A program made the position numbers and the translations under genes. Below, piece by piece: positions 50,220 through 62,419 of a DNA stretch of 64,000 bases. Source of the DNA: Squalus acanthias (Eukaryota); assembly GCA_030390025.1 (NCBI GenBank), contig JASTWF010000349.1:124001-188000 (forward strand), given 5' to 3'. The notes beneath the pieces were generated by a model. The model worked only from the letters and a program-made list of their open reading frames with translations. It ran no database searches and was not told the DNA's origin. The stretch's first letter is position 1. Each line of letters opens with the position of its first letter.

Positions 50220-53102
50220 AAAGGAGATATTAGGCCAGGTGTCCAGAAGCTTGGTCCAAGAGGAAGGTTTTAAGGAACGTCTTAAAGGAGGAGAGAGAGG
50301 TGGAGGGGTGGTGCGATTTAGGGAGGGAATTCCAGAGCTTAGGGTCTTGGCAGCTGAGGTACGGCCGCCAATGGTGGGTCGAAGGGAGCGGGGGAATGCA
50401 CAAGAGTCCAGAGTTGCTCAGACACAGAGATCTCAGGGGGTTGTGGGGCTGGAGGAGGTCAGAGATCTCAGGGGGTTGTAGGGCTGGAGGAGGTCACAGA
50501 GATCTCAGGGGGTTGTAGGGCTGGAGGAGGTCAGAGAGATCTCAGGGGGTTGTAGGGCTGGAGGAGGTCAGAGATCTCAGGAGGTTGTAGGGCTGGAGGA
50601 GGTCACAGAGATCTCAGGGGGTTGTGGGGCTGGAGGAGGTCACAGAGATCTCAGGGGGTTGTAGGGCTGGAGGAGGTCACAGAGATCTCAGGGGGTTGTG
50701 GGGCTGGAGGAGGTCACAGAGATCTCAGGGGGTTGCAGGGCTGGAGGAGATCACAGAGATCTCAGGGGGTTGTAGGGCTGGAGGAGGTCACAGAGATCTC
50801 AGGGGGTTGTAGGGCTGGAGGAGGTCAGAGATCTCAGGGGGTTGTAGGGCTGGAGGAGGTCACAGAGATCTCAGGGGGTTGTAGGGCTGGAGGAGGTCAG
50901 AGATCTCAGGGGGTTGTAGGGCTGGAGCAGGTCACAGAGATCTCAGGGGGTTGTAGGGCTGGAGGAGGTCACAGAGATCTCAGGGGGTTGTAGGGCTGGA
51001 GCAGGTCACAGAGATCTCAGGGGGTTGTAGGGCTGGAGGAGGTCAGAGATCTCAGGGGGTTGTAGGGCTGGAGGAGGTCAGAGATCTCAGGGGGTTGTGG
51101 GGCTGGAGCAGGTCACAGAGATCTCAGGGGGTTGTAGGGCTGGAGCAGGTCACAGAGATCTCAGGGGGTTGTAGGGCTGGAGGAGGTCACAGAGATCTCA
51201 GGGGGTTGTAGGGCTGGAGGAGGTCACAGAGATCTCAGGGGGTTGTAGGGCTGGAGGAGGTCACAGAGATCTCAGGGGGTTGTAGGGCTGGAGCAGGTCA
51301 CAGAGATCTCAGGGGGTTGTAGGGCTGGAGCAGGTCACAGAGATCTCAGGGGGTTGTAGGGCTGGAGCAGGTCACAGAGATCTCAGGGGGTTGTGGGGCT
51401 GGAGCAGGTCACAGAGATCTCAGGGGGTTGTAGGGCTGGAGCAGGTCACAGAGATCTCAGGGGGTTGTAGGGCTGGAGGAGGTCACAGAGATCTCAGGGG
51501 GTTGTGGGGCTGGAGGAGGTCACAGAGATCTCAGGGGGTTGTGGGGCTGGAGGAGGTCACAGAGATCTCAGGGGGTTGTGGGGCTGGAGGAGGTCACAGA
51601 GATCTCAGGGGGTTGTGGGGCTGGAGGAGGTCACAGAGATCTCAGGGGGTTGTAGGGCGGGAGCAGGTCACAGAGATCTCAGGGGGTTGTGGGGCTGGAG
51701 GAGGTCACAGAGATCTCAGGGTGTTGTGGGGCTGGAGGAGGTCACAGAGATCTCAGGGGGTTGTAGGGCTGGAGGAGGTCACAGAATTCTCAGGGGGTTG
51801 TAGGGCTGGAGGAGGTCAGAGATCTCAGGGGGTTGTGGGGCTGGAGGAGGTCACAGAGATCTCAGGGGGTTGTAGGGCTGGAGGAGGTCACAGAAATCTC
51901 AGGGGGTTGTAGGGCTGGAGGAGGTCAGAGATCTCAGGGGGTTGTAGGGCTGGAGGAGGTCAGAGATCTCAGGGGGTTGTGGGGCTGGAGCAGGTCACAG
52001 AGATCTCAGGGGGTTGTAGGGCTGGAGCAGGTCACAGAGATCTCAGGGGGTTGTAGGGCTGGAGGAGGTCAGAGATCTCAGGGGGTTGTAGGGCTGGAGC
52101 AGGTCACAGAGATCTCAGGGGGTTGTAGGGCTGGAGCAGGTCAGAGATCTCAGGGGGTTGTAGGGCTGGAGGAGGTCACAGAGATCTCAGGGGGTTGTAG
52201 GGCTGGAGCAGGTCACAGAGATCTCAGGGGGTTGTAGGGCTGGAGGAGGTCACAGAGATCTCAGGGGGTTGTAGGGCTGGAGGAGGTCACAGAGATAGGG
52301 AAGGGCGAGGGATTTGTACACAAGGATGAGAATTTGAAAATTGAGGCGTTGCTGGACTGGGAGCCACCTCAGCGAGCACAGGGGTGATGGGTGAACAGGA
52401 CTTGGTACGAATTAGGATACGGGGAGCAGAGTTTTGGAATAGCTCAAGTTTATGGAAGATGGGAAGCCGGCCAGGAGTGTGTTGGAATAGTCGAGTCTAG
52501 AGGTAACAAAGGCATGGATGGGGGTTTCAGCAGCAGATGGGCTGAGGCAGGGCCGGAGACGGGCGATGTTACGGAGGTGGCAGTAGGTGGTCTTGGTGAT
52601 GGAGAGACTATGGGGTAGGAAGCTCAGCTCAGGGTCAAATAGGATGCCAAGGTTGTGATTAGTTTGGTTCAGCCCCAGACAGAGGCCAGAGAGAGGGATG
52701 GAATTGGTGGCGAGGGAACGGAGTTTGTGGCGGGGACCGAAGACAATTGCTTCAGTCTTCCCAATATTTAATTGTAGGAAATTGCGGCTCATCCAGTACT
52801 GGATGTCGGACAAGCAGTCTGACAAATCAGAGACAGTGTGGGGTCAAGAGTGGTGGTGGTGAGGTGGGTGTATTAAAGTATACATGTGGAAGCTGACGCT
52901 GTGTTTTTGGATGATGTCGCCGAGGGGTAGCATGTAGATGAGAAACAGGAGGGGGCCAAGGATAGATCCTTGGGGGACACCAGAGGTAACGGTGCGGGAG
53001 TGGGAAGAGAAGCCATTGCAGAAGGTTCTCTGGCTATGACTGGATAGATAAGAATGGAACCAGGCGAGTGCAGTCCCACCCAGCTGGACAATGGAGGAGA
53101 GG
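50220..53102 (-). mobile_element. L2-clade LINE, 3' portion, decayed
   Basis: Motifs SGVPQGSILGPLLFLIYMLPLGDII, WMSRNFLQLNIGKTE and IHAFVTSRLDYSN. The 3' region is homologous to 63758-64000. Confidence 0.9.
50423..52296. repeat. 37-bp minisatellite (35-bp variant), about 50 copies: CACAGAGATCTCAGGGGGTTGTAGGGCTGGAGGAGGT
   Basis: Direct tandem repeat embedded in the L2 copy. Confidence 0.97.
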
Positions 53103-53230
53103 ACAACCTTCTCAAGAGCAATTAGGGATGGGCAATAAATGCTGGACTTTGATGAGGAAAGGGAGATTGGAGATGGGATTAAATGTGCAATTAAAACCAA
53201 GATTAACTGAGATTAAAATCTTTAATTTTG

Positions 53231-53558
53231 GGAACAGGAGTATGCCATTCAGCCCCTCATGGCTGATCTGTACCTCGACTCCATTTACCGGTCTTTGCTC
53301 CATATCCCTCGATATCCTTACCCAACAAAGATCTACTGATCTCAGTCTTGAAGATTCTAATTGCCCCCCCAGCATCCACAGCCCTTTGGGGGAAAGAGCA
53401 TTTCAGATTTCCACTACCCTTTGTGAGAAAAAGTGCTTCCTGTTTTCATTCCTGTACGGCCTATCTCTAATTTTAAGGTTATGCCCTCTTGTTCTAGATT
53501 CCCCACCAGAGGGAATAGTTTCTCTCTATCTACCCTATCAAATCCCTTTATCATTTTA
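53231..53558 (-). mobile_element. CR1 LINE 3' fragment, old
   Basis: Degenerate similarity to the CR1 3' ends at 1850-2210 and 45077-45585. Confidence 0.7.
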
Positions 53559-54411
53559 GTTATCAGATTAATCTTTTTAATCGCTCTACAGTCCTAGTAT
53601 TAATATATCAAGTCCAGTATTATGACACCAAATTTTCTTGTGGGCCTGATTTTTAACCTCAATGTAATCTCCGGCCACACCTACACTAAGCCACAATAAC
53701 ACCAATTATCATTACAACACACACACCCCACAGTACGGTAGGACCCAGGTCTGTCCCCACAAAGTGGTGCACAGCAGGAGCCCAATGTTGGACTGGGCGG
53801 GGCCAGACAGGTGTTTAGCAGAACCCTGGCTCTTCTCTGCAGTCAGAGGTAGGGGAATGGGGAGTGAAAGTGGGGCTGAGTTAGTGGTCAGTCACTGGTC
53901 ATGGGTCAGGCTCTCACTGAGTGACTGAGGATCAGTAAAGCAGGTAAACACACCAAAACAAAAGGGAAATATCCTCAAGGAAAATGGCTAAAGCACGAGG
54001 GGAAAAAAACAGGAAGCGACACTGCCACGGTTTGGTAAACAGTTCTCATCACAGAATCATAAGCAAGGAGGTGGCCGTTCAGCCCATCCTGCCAGTGCTA
54101 GCTGTTTAACTGGAGGTACCTGCTCTAAACTCATTTCCCCAGTATATTGCAATATTCTTCCTTTAGCACAACTAAAATCATGGATTTTGCAAAATCCACA
54201 TCATTAAAATGCATGTGGCTATCGATCTGTTCACGTTGGAAGTGTGGCTTCACGTTGTGTACAGAATATCCCTTTCACTTCACCCCTTTCAGAAGCTAGA
54301 AGGAGCGGTACCTCTGCTGGACAGCCTTTACTGATGGACAAATGGGATTATATCCAGCATTGACACTGCTCAGATCCACGGTGATGGTCACCACCCACTC
54401 GGGTTGGACAA

Positions 54412-54925
54412 CCTGCAGTTATACAGCACATTTCACATTAGATAAAAGTCCCAAGGCACTTCACAGAAGCTGAAGGAAGATGGACCCTGAGCCAAAGTGG
54501 GAGTTATTAGAAGGGGTACCTAAAGCTTGGTGAAGGGGGTGGCTTTTCAGGAGGAAACTCCAGAGCGTGGAGTCTCAGTGGCTAAAGGCACAGCCGCCAA
54601 TGGTGAGGAGAAGGGAGGGAGGATGCACAAGAGGTCAGAGTCAGAAGAATGGAGAGTTGGGGGGGAGGGGGGGGGCGGTGGTTGTAGGGCTGGAGGAGGT
54701 TACAGAGATAGGGAGGGGGAAGAGGCCATGAAGTGATTTAAACACAAGGATGAGAATTCTAAATTCAAGGCGTCGGTGGACTGGAAGGCCAGCCAGGAGA
54801 ACATTGGAATAGTCGAGTGTGGTGGTGTGAAAGGCTTGGATGAGGGTTTTGGCAGTAGATGAGCTGAGGCAGGGGCGGAGACAGGCTATGTTACGGAGGT
54901 GGAGGTAGGCAGCCTTTATGATGGA
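54412..54925 (-). mobile_element. L2 3' fragment
   Basis: Translates to HLRNIACLRPCLSSSTAKTLIQAFHTTTLDYSN and LPVHRRLEFRILILVFKSLHG. Confidence 0.8.
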
Positions 54926-54984
54926 GAGCATACGGGGTCCACAAGCAACACCGCGCGACAGCCAGTGCCACATGAGGTTCCGCA

Positions 54985-55218
54985 GTGGGGTTCAGGGAAA
55001 TGGGAGAAGGTGGGTGGGTGGGGTTGAGGGGTGTGTGGAGAAGGAGGGTGGGTGGATTTGGGGGATGTGGGGAGAAGGCGGGTGGGTGGGGTTCAGGGAT
55101 ATGGGAGAAGGTGGGTGGGTGGGGTTGAGGGGTGTGGGGAGAAGGCAGGTGGGTGGGGTTGAGGATCTGGGGAGAAGGTGGGTGGGAGTGGTGGATTTGG
55201 GGCGAAGGTGGATGGGAT
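54985..55218. repeat. Degenerate ~32-bp G-rich tandem repeat (GGGAGAAGGTGGGTGGGTGGGGTT core)
   Basis: About 7 degenerate copies visible. Confidence 0.8.
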
Positions 55219-55491
55219 AATAAAAAGGGGTGGGTTTGGTTGGGTCTAATGGCAAGTTCCTGAAATAAGGAATGTACCCCGCTATGTCACAGCAGTAAAA
55301 ACAAACAGATTAATTAGCTAAGTATGCAATACAATTTCATTTAAAAACAAGCTGTTCCCACAGCTATTAGTCTGTGATCTCAAGTCTCCAGATTTCTCCA
55401 GATATGTAGCTTGAGGTGGCAGGGAGTGGGTGGAAGAGGAGTCCATTCAATCTTCACACTGGTCGTCCTGGGTGAGCAAAGCCAGCGACTG

Positions 55492-55622
55492 TCAGGCCAG
55501 CTCATCACTGCTTAAAGGGACTCTCTGACGCCCTGTCTTCCGGCTCCAGCGCCAGCAAAGGATGATCAGTACCAGGATCAGCAGGACCAGGCACACACTC
55601 AGCGCCACACACAGAATCACCT
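55492..55622 (-). CDS. ACP2: ACP2-like acid phosphatase, last coding exon (transmembrane helix and cytoplasmic tail)
   Basis: Acceptor ttttgcag|AG. Translates to (E)VILCVALSVCLVLLILVLIILCWRWSRKTGRQRVPLSSDELA*. The phase-1 junction G|AG fits the donor at 63360. It resembles the ACP2 segment TEVIVALAV.. Not in the ORF track. Confidence 0.85.
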
Positions 55623-55719
55623 CTGCAAAACAGACAATACACGCTCATTCAGTCCAGTGAAAAGGTAGCGGAATTTTAAAACACTCAGGACCCCCTGCAC
55701 ATTCCCGGAGACTCATTTA

Positions 55720-56025
55720 ACTTCTTTCGGATGAGATGTTAAACCGAGGCCCCGTCTGCCCTCTCTGGCAGATGTAAAAGATCCCATGGCACTATTGGAA
55801 GAGCAGGGGAGTTTCCCCCTTTGTCCTGGTCAATAATTATCCCTCAACCAACATGACTAAAACAGACGATCTGGTCATTATCACATTGCTGTTTGTGGGA
55901 TCTTGCTGTGTGCAAATTGGCTGACACATTTCCCACATTACAACAGTGACTACACTTCAAAAGTACTTTGTTTTGGGATGTCCTGAGGTTGTGAAAGGTT
56001 CTCTAGAAATGTAAGTCTTTCTTTC
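55720..56025 (+). mobile_element. DeuSINE-like SINE (SacSINE1/AmnSINE-like core with L2-type tail), 5'-truncated
   Basis: Recognised from recalled core motifs GATGAGATGTTAAACCGAGG, GTAAAAGATCCCATGGCAC and CATTGCTGTTTGTGGGA..TGCAAATTGGCTG. Not database-verified. Confidence 0.7.
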
Positions 56026-56179
56026 AGATGTTATGGATCCCCATAGCTCAGGGTAAAGTGCTCAAGGGATGAGAATTATCTGTAGCCTCTTGAAGGGAAG
56101 TACCCAGCAAAAAAACCCTAAGCAAGAAAGGAAATCAAAACACTGCCACAAAATCCCTCTCACCATATTCTGCAGCGAG

Positions 56180-56362
56180 TGACTCACCTCCTGATTCCCC
56201 AAAGCCTTTCCACCTCCAAGTCACACACCATCCTGACTTGGAAGTATATCGCCGTTCCTTCATCGTCACTGGGTCAAATTCCTGGAACTCACTCCCTAAC
56301 AGCACTGTGGGAGTAGCTTCACCACACGGACTGCAGCAGATGAAGAAGTCGACTCACCATCC
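56180..56362 (+). mobile_element. LINE 3'-region fragment
   Basis: Translates to RRSFIVTGSNSWNSLP, a typical C-terminal WNxLP motif of CR1-group ORF2. Confidence 0.6.
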
Positions 56363-56560
56363 CTGGAGCACAAGTCTTCATCACGACAGCAGGGATGTGT
56401 CGGGGCCCACAGCCTTTGCTGCATCCAGTGCGCTCAGCCGTTTCTTGATATCACGTGGAGTGAATTGAATTGGCTGAAGACTGGCTTCTGTGATGGTGGG
56501 GATCTCAGGAGGAGGCTGATATGGACCATCCACTCGGCACTTCTGGCTGAAGATGGTTGC

Positions 56561-59500
56561 TGCACAGGCGGGGGGGAAGAGGAGAGAGAGAGCAATAGTG
56601 ATAGGGGATTCAATAGTTAGGGGAGCAGACAGGCGTTTCTGCAGCCGCAGACGTGACTCCAGGTTGGTGTGTTGCCTACCTGGTTCCAGGGTCAAGGATG
56701 TCACTGAACGGCTGCAGGGCATTCTGAGGGGGGAGGGTGAACAGCCAGAGGTCGTGGTCCATATCAGTACCAACGACATAGGTAGGAAAAGGGATGAGGT
56801 CCTGCAGGCAGAGTTTAGGGAGCTGGGAAGGAGGTTAAAAAGCAGGACCTCAAAGGTAGTAATCTCCAGATTGCTACAAGTGCCACGTGCTAGTGAGTTC
56901 AGAAATAGGAAGATAGAGCAGATGAGTGCGTGGCTGGAGAGATGGTGTAGGAGGGAGGGCTTTAGATTCCTGAGGAATTGGAACCGTTTCTGGGGGAGGT
57001 GGGACCTTTACAAACCAGACGGGTTGCACCTCAACAGGAACGGGACCAATATCCTCGCGGGAGGGTTTGTTTGTGCTGTTGGGGAGGGTTTAAACTAGCT
57101 TGGCAGGGGGATGGGAGCCTAAGTATAGTGTCAATAGGGAGGGAAGAAAAACTGGAATTGGAAAACAAAAACGTAGAAAGTAAATTGAAAGGACAGAGGA
57201 ATCAAGGGCTAGATAGTAGTCAACAAGGAGGTTTGCCTGTACTAAATGGTATATACTTCAATGCAAGGAGTATAGCGAACAAGGCAGATGAGCAGAGGGC
57301 ACAGGTAGATACTTGGGACTATGATATTATAGCTATTACAGAGACATGGCTAAAAGAGGGGCAGGTATGGCAGCTCAACATTCCTGGTTACAGGATTTTC
57401 AGACGGGATAGAGAGGGAGGTAAAAAGGGAGGGGGGGATCGTGGTATTGATTAAAGAAACTATTACAGCTGTGAGGAGGGATGATATGTTGGAGGGATCA
57501 TCAAACGAGGCCATATGGGTCGAATTGAAAAACAAAAAAGGGGCGATCACACTGCTGGGAGTGTGCTACAGACCCCCAGTGAGGAGGAGATAGAAGAACA
57601 AATATGTAGACAAATTTCTGAGAAGTGCAAAAACTCCGGTTTCCTCCCACAGTCCAAAAATGTGCGGGTTAGGTTGATTTGGCTATGATAAATTGACCCT
57701 TAGTGTTAGGGGGGGATTAAATATGTGGGGTTATGGGGATAGGATGGGATATGTCAGGGGTAATTAAATACGTGGGGTTACGGGGGTAGGGTGAGATATG
57801 TGTACTGTGGGGATTAAAGCAGGGACAGGGTACTGGATTTGGATGATCAGCCATGATTGTATTGAATGGTGGAGCAGGCTCGACGGGCCGAATGGCCTAC
57901 TCCTGCTCCTAGATTCTATGTTTCTATAGGGCAGTAATAGTAGGGGATTTCAACTACCCCAATATTAACTGGGATAAAATTAGTGTGAAGGGTATAGAAG
58001 GTGCGGAATTCCTAAAATCCATCCAGGAGAACTTTTTTAGCCAGTATGCAGCAAGCCCAACAAGGGAGGGGGCGGTTCTGGACTTAGTTTTAGGGAATGA
58101 AGCTGGGCAGGTAGAAGGCGTATCAGTGGGGGAGCATTTTGGTTAGTGACCATAATTCAGTTAGATTTAAGGTAGTTATGGAAAAGGACAAGGATAGACC
58201 AGGAATCAAAATTCTAAATTGGGGAAAAGCAAATTTTGCTAAGCTCAGAGGGGATTTAGCCATAGTGGACAGGAAACAGCTACTTGAAGGTAAATCAGTG
58301 TCAAAGCAGTGGGAGGCATTTAAGGACGAGATCCGGAGGGTTCAGACCAAACATGTGCCCTTAAAGAATCTAGAGCCTCCTGGATGTCTAGAGACATGCA
58401 GGGTAGGATAAAGAAAAAAAGGGAGGCGTATGACAGATACCGAGGGCTAAATACTCCAGGATCTTTAGAGGAGTACAGAAAGTGCAGGGGTGCAATTAAA
58501 AATGATATTAGGAAAGCAAAGAGAGAGCATGAAAAATTCTTGGCAAGTAAAATCAAGGAAAACCCAAACATGTTTTATAAATATATTAAGAGTAAGAGGA
58601 TAACTAAAGAAAGGGTAGGGCCTATTAGAGATCATGAGGGTAATCTGTGTGTGGAGGCGGGAGACGTCGGTAGGGTTTTTAATGAATACTTTGCGTCTGT
58701 TTTCACAAAGGAGGGGGGTGAAGCAGACATTGCTATCGGGGGCGAGGAGTGTGAAATGTTAGATGAAATAAACATAGTGAGAGAGGGAGTATTAAGGGGT
58801 TTAGCAGCTTTAAAAGTGGATAAATCCCCAGGCCCAGATGAAATGTATCCCAGGCTGTTAAGCGAAGCAAAAGAGGAAATAGCAGAGGCCCTGACCATTA
58901 TTTTTCAATCCACTCTGGCTTCAGGTGTGGTGATGGAGGACTGGAGGACTGGTAATGTGGTACCCTTGTTTAAAAAGGGAGAAAAGGATAGACCGAGTAA
59001 TTACAGGCCAGTCAGCCTAACCTCGGTGATGGGAAAATTATTGGAAAGAATTCTGAAGGGCAGGATAAATCTTCATTTAAAAAGACACGGATTAATGAAG
59101 GATAGTCAGCACGGATTTGTTAAGGGAAGGTCGTGTCTGAGAAACTTGATTGAATTTTTTGAGGAGGTAACAAAGAGGGTAGATGAGGGTAGTGCATTTG
59201 ATGTAGTGTATATGGACTTTAGCAAGGCTTTTGATAAGGTTCCACATGGCAGACTGGTCACGAAGTTAAAAGCCCATGGGATCCAGGGCAAAGTGTCAAG
59301 TTGGATTCAAAACTGGCTCGGAGACAGGAAGCAGAGGGTAAGGGTTGATGGTTGTTTTTGTGACTGGAAGGCTGTTTCTAGTGGGGTTCCGCAGGGCTCA
59401 GTACTAGGTCCCTTGCTTTTTGTGGTATATATCAACCATCTTGACTGAATATAGGGGGTATGATTAAGAAGTTTGCAGATGATACTAAAATACTGAAGAA

Positions 59501-60375
59501 GGAAGCTGCAGACTACAGGAAGATATCAATAAATTGGTCAGGTGGGCAGAACAGTGGCAAATGGAATTCAATCCGGAGAAGTGTGAGGTAATGCATTTGG
59601 GGAAGGCTAACAAGGAAAGGGAATACACATTAAATGGGAGGACACCGAGTAGTGTAGAGGAACAAAGGGACCTTGGAGTGCATGTCCACAGATCCCTGAA
59701 GGTAGCAGGCCAGGTAGATAAGGTGGTTAAGAAGGCATACGGAATGCTTGCCTTTATTAGCCGTGGCATAGAAGACAAGAGCAGGGGGGGGTTATGCTTC
59801 AACTGTATAAAACACTAGTTAGGCCTCAGCTAGAGTACTGCGTGCAGTTCTAGTCACCACATTACAGGAAATATGTGATTGCACTAGAGAGGGTACAGAG
59901 GAGATTTACAAGGATGTTGCCGGGAGTAGAGAATCTTAGCTATGAGGAAAGACTGGATAGGTTTTCCTTGGAACAGAGGAGGCTGAGGGGAGACCTTAAT
60001 GAGGTGTATAAAATTATGAGGGGCATAGATAAAGTGGATAGAAAGGACCTATTTCCCTTAGCATAGGGGTCAAAAACTAGAGGGCACAGATTTAAAGTAA
60101 TTGGGGGAAAGTTTAGAGGGGATTTGAGGGGAAATTTCTTCACCCAGAGGGTTGTGGGGGTCTGGAACTCACTGCCTGAAAGGGTGGTAGAGGCAGGAAA
60201 CCTAACCACATTTAAAAAGTACTTGGATGTGCACTTGGGATGCTGTAACCTGCAGGGCTACAGACCAAGAGCTGGGAAGTGGGATTAGGCTGGAGAGCTC
60301 TTTGTTGGCCGGCGCGGACACGATGGGCTGAAATGGCCTCCTTCCGTGCTGTAACTTTCTATGATTCTGTGATTC
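56561..60375 (+). mobile_element. CR1 LINE, near full length (ORF1 esterase and ORF2 APE-RT), frameshifted
   Basis: ORF1 SGNH-like esterase (VIGDSIVR..TNDI..DGLHL, ending 57098). ORF2 motifs YFNARS, IAITETWL, GDFN, SDH, KSPGPD and [10 protein letters not shown]. Tail TTCTATGATTCTGTGATTC. Confidence 0.95.
57634..57927 (+). mobile_element. V-SINE/HE1-like SINE, 5'-truncated, nested in the CR1
   Basis: Core CTCCGGTTTCCTCCCACAGTCCAAA..GGTTAGGTTGATT. The 3' ~110 bp matches the CR1 3' end at 2115-2226. It interrupts the APE frame between EKCKN and RAVIVGDFN. Confidence 0.85.
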
Positions 60376-60994
60376 AAACGCTTCAGCCTTGTCTTTTGCA
60401 CTCGTGCTGGGCTCTGTCATCATTGAGGATGAGGATATTCCTCCTCCCATTAGTTGTTTAATTGTCCACCACCATTCACGACTGGATGTGGCAGAACTGC
60501 AGAGCTTTGATCTGATCCATTGATGGTGGGATCGCTTAGCTCTGTCTATAGCATGCTGCTTCCGCTTTTTAGTCCTGTGTTGCAGCTTCCCCAGGTTGGC
60601 ACCTCATTTTTAGGTACGCCTGGTGCTGCTCCTGGCATGCTCTTCTACACTCCTTATTGAACCAGGGTTGGTCCCCTGGCTTGATGGTAATGGTAGAGTG
60701 AGGGATATGCCGGGCCATGAGGTTACAGATTGTGGTGCAATACAGTTATGCCTCATGGATGCCCAGTTATGAGCTGCTAGATCTATTCTGAATCTATCCC
60801 ATTTAGCACAGTGGTAGTGCCACACAACACAATGGAGGGTGTCCTCAGTGTGAAGACGGGACTTCATCTCCACAATGACTGTGCGGTGGTCACTGCCACC
60901 AATGCTGTCATGGACAGATGCATCTGCGACAGGTAGATTGGTGAGGACGAGGTCAAGTAGGTTTTCCCTCGTATTGGTTCTCTCACCACCTGTC

Positions 60995-61077
60995 GCAGTC
61001 ACCTCACCACCACCTTCTCAAGGGCAACTAGGGATTGCCAGCGACGCCCACATCCCATGAACGAATGAAAAAAAAAG
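60995..61077 (+). mobile_element. Short retroposon 3' tail with poly(A)
   Basis: CACCACCTTCTCAAGGGCAACTAGGGAT..CCCATGAACGAATG(A)9. A related piece lies at 53106-53150. Confidence 0.65.
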
Positions 61078-61496
61078 TCCTAGTCTGGCAGCTATGTCCT
61101 TCAGGACTCAGCCAGCTCGGTCAGTAGTGGTGCTACCGAGCCACTCTTGGTGATGGACATTGAAGTCCCCCACCCAGAGTACATTCTGTGCCGTTGCTAC
61201 TCTCAGTGCTTCTTCCAAGTGGTGTTCAATAGGAGTACTGATTCATCAGCTGAGGGAGGGCAGTAGGTGGTAATCAGCAGGAAGTTTCCTTGCCCAGGCT
61301 TGACCTGAAGCCATGAGTCCGGAGTCAATGTTGAGGACTCCCAGGGCCACTCCCTCCCGACTGTATACCACTGTGCCGCCACCTCTGGTGGGTCTGTCCT
61401 GCCGGTGGGAGGATGATGGAGGAGTCTGGGACGTTGGCTGAAAGGTATGATTCTGTGAGTATGACTATGTCAGGCTGTTGCTTGACTAGTCTGTGG

Positions 61497-61940
61497 TCTA
61501 CAGAGCAGCAGTGATACCCGCCCTGCTGTATGCCTCAGAGACATGGACCATCTACAGCAGGCACCTCAAAGCACTGGAGAGGTACCACCAACGCTGCCTC
61601 CGCAAGATCCTGCAAAGCCATTGGCAGGATAGGCGCACCAACGTCAGTGTTCTTGCTCAGGCCAACATCCCCAGCATCGAAGCTTTGACCACGCTCGATC
61701 AGCTCCGATGGACGGGTCACATTGTCCACATGCCCGATACGAGACTCCCAACACAAGCGCTCTCCTCGGAGCTCAGACACGTCAACCCAAGAACCCCACC
61801 CACCCGCCCCTTCAACCACCGTCTGGCCCACCTGTGACAGAGACTGTAGGTCCCGCATTGGACTCATCAGTCACCTGCAAATTCATTTTTAATGTGGAAG
61901 CAAGTCATCCTCGGTTCCGAGGGACTGCCTAAGAAGTTAG
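61497..61940 (+). mobile_element. RTE-clade LINE 3' fragment
   Basis: Translates to VYRAAVIPALLYASETW..QRCLRKIL..QLRWTGHI and ends in TAAGAAG. 9-bp TSD AGTCTGTGG at 61488-61496 and 61941-61949. Confidence 0.9.
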
Positions 61941-62363
61941 AGTCTGTGGGACAGCTGTCCCAATTTTGGCACAAGTCCCCAGATATTAGTGAGGAGGACT
62001 TTGTCGGGTCGGGTCGACTGGGCTGGTGTGCCGTTGTTGTGTCCGAAGCTGGTGCCTAGGTCGATGCCGGGTGATCCGTCCGGTTTTATTCTTATTATTG
62101 TTTTTCATAGCAATTGTGTACAACTGAGCGGCTTGCTGGGCCATTTCAGAGGGTAGTTAAGAGTCAACCACATTGCTGTGGGTCTGGAGTCACATATAGG
62201 CCAGACCGGGTAAGGACGGCAGATTTCCTTCCCTAAAGGACATTAGTGAACCAGATGGGTTTTTACGACAATCCGATAGTGTCATGGTCACCATTACTGA
62301 TACTAGCTTTTTATTCCAGACTTATTTAATTAACTGAATTTAAATTCCCCAACTGCCGTGGTG

Positions 62364-62412
62364 GGATTTGAACTCACGTCTCTGGATCATTAGTCCAGTA
62401 ACATAACCACTA
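62364..62412 (-). promoter_or_regulatory. tRNA-like internal Pol III promoter (A and B box)
   Basis: Minus strand has TAGTGGTTA (62412-62404) and GAGTTCAAATCC (62375-62364). Confidence 0.65.
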
Positions 62413-62419
62413 TGTTCCC

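Noticed and set aside
50622..52237. GWRRSQRSQG and GLEEVTEISGG repeat ORFs
   Set aside because: They are translations of the 37-bp minisatellite.
54280..54365. Possible plus-strand exon after cccctttcag
   Set aside because: The frames are short, with no homology or partner exon.
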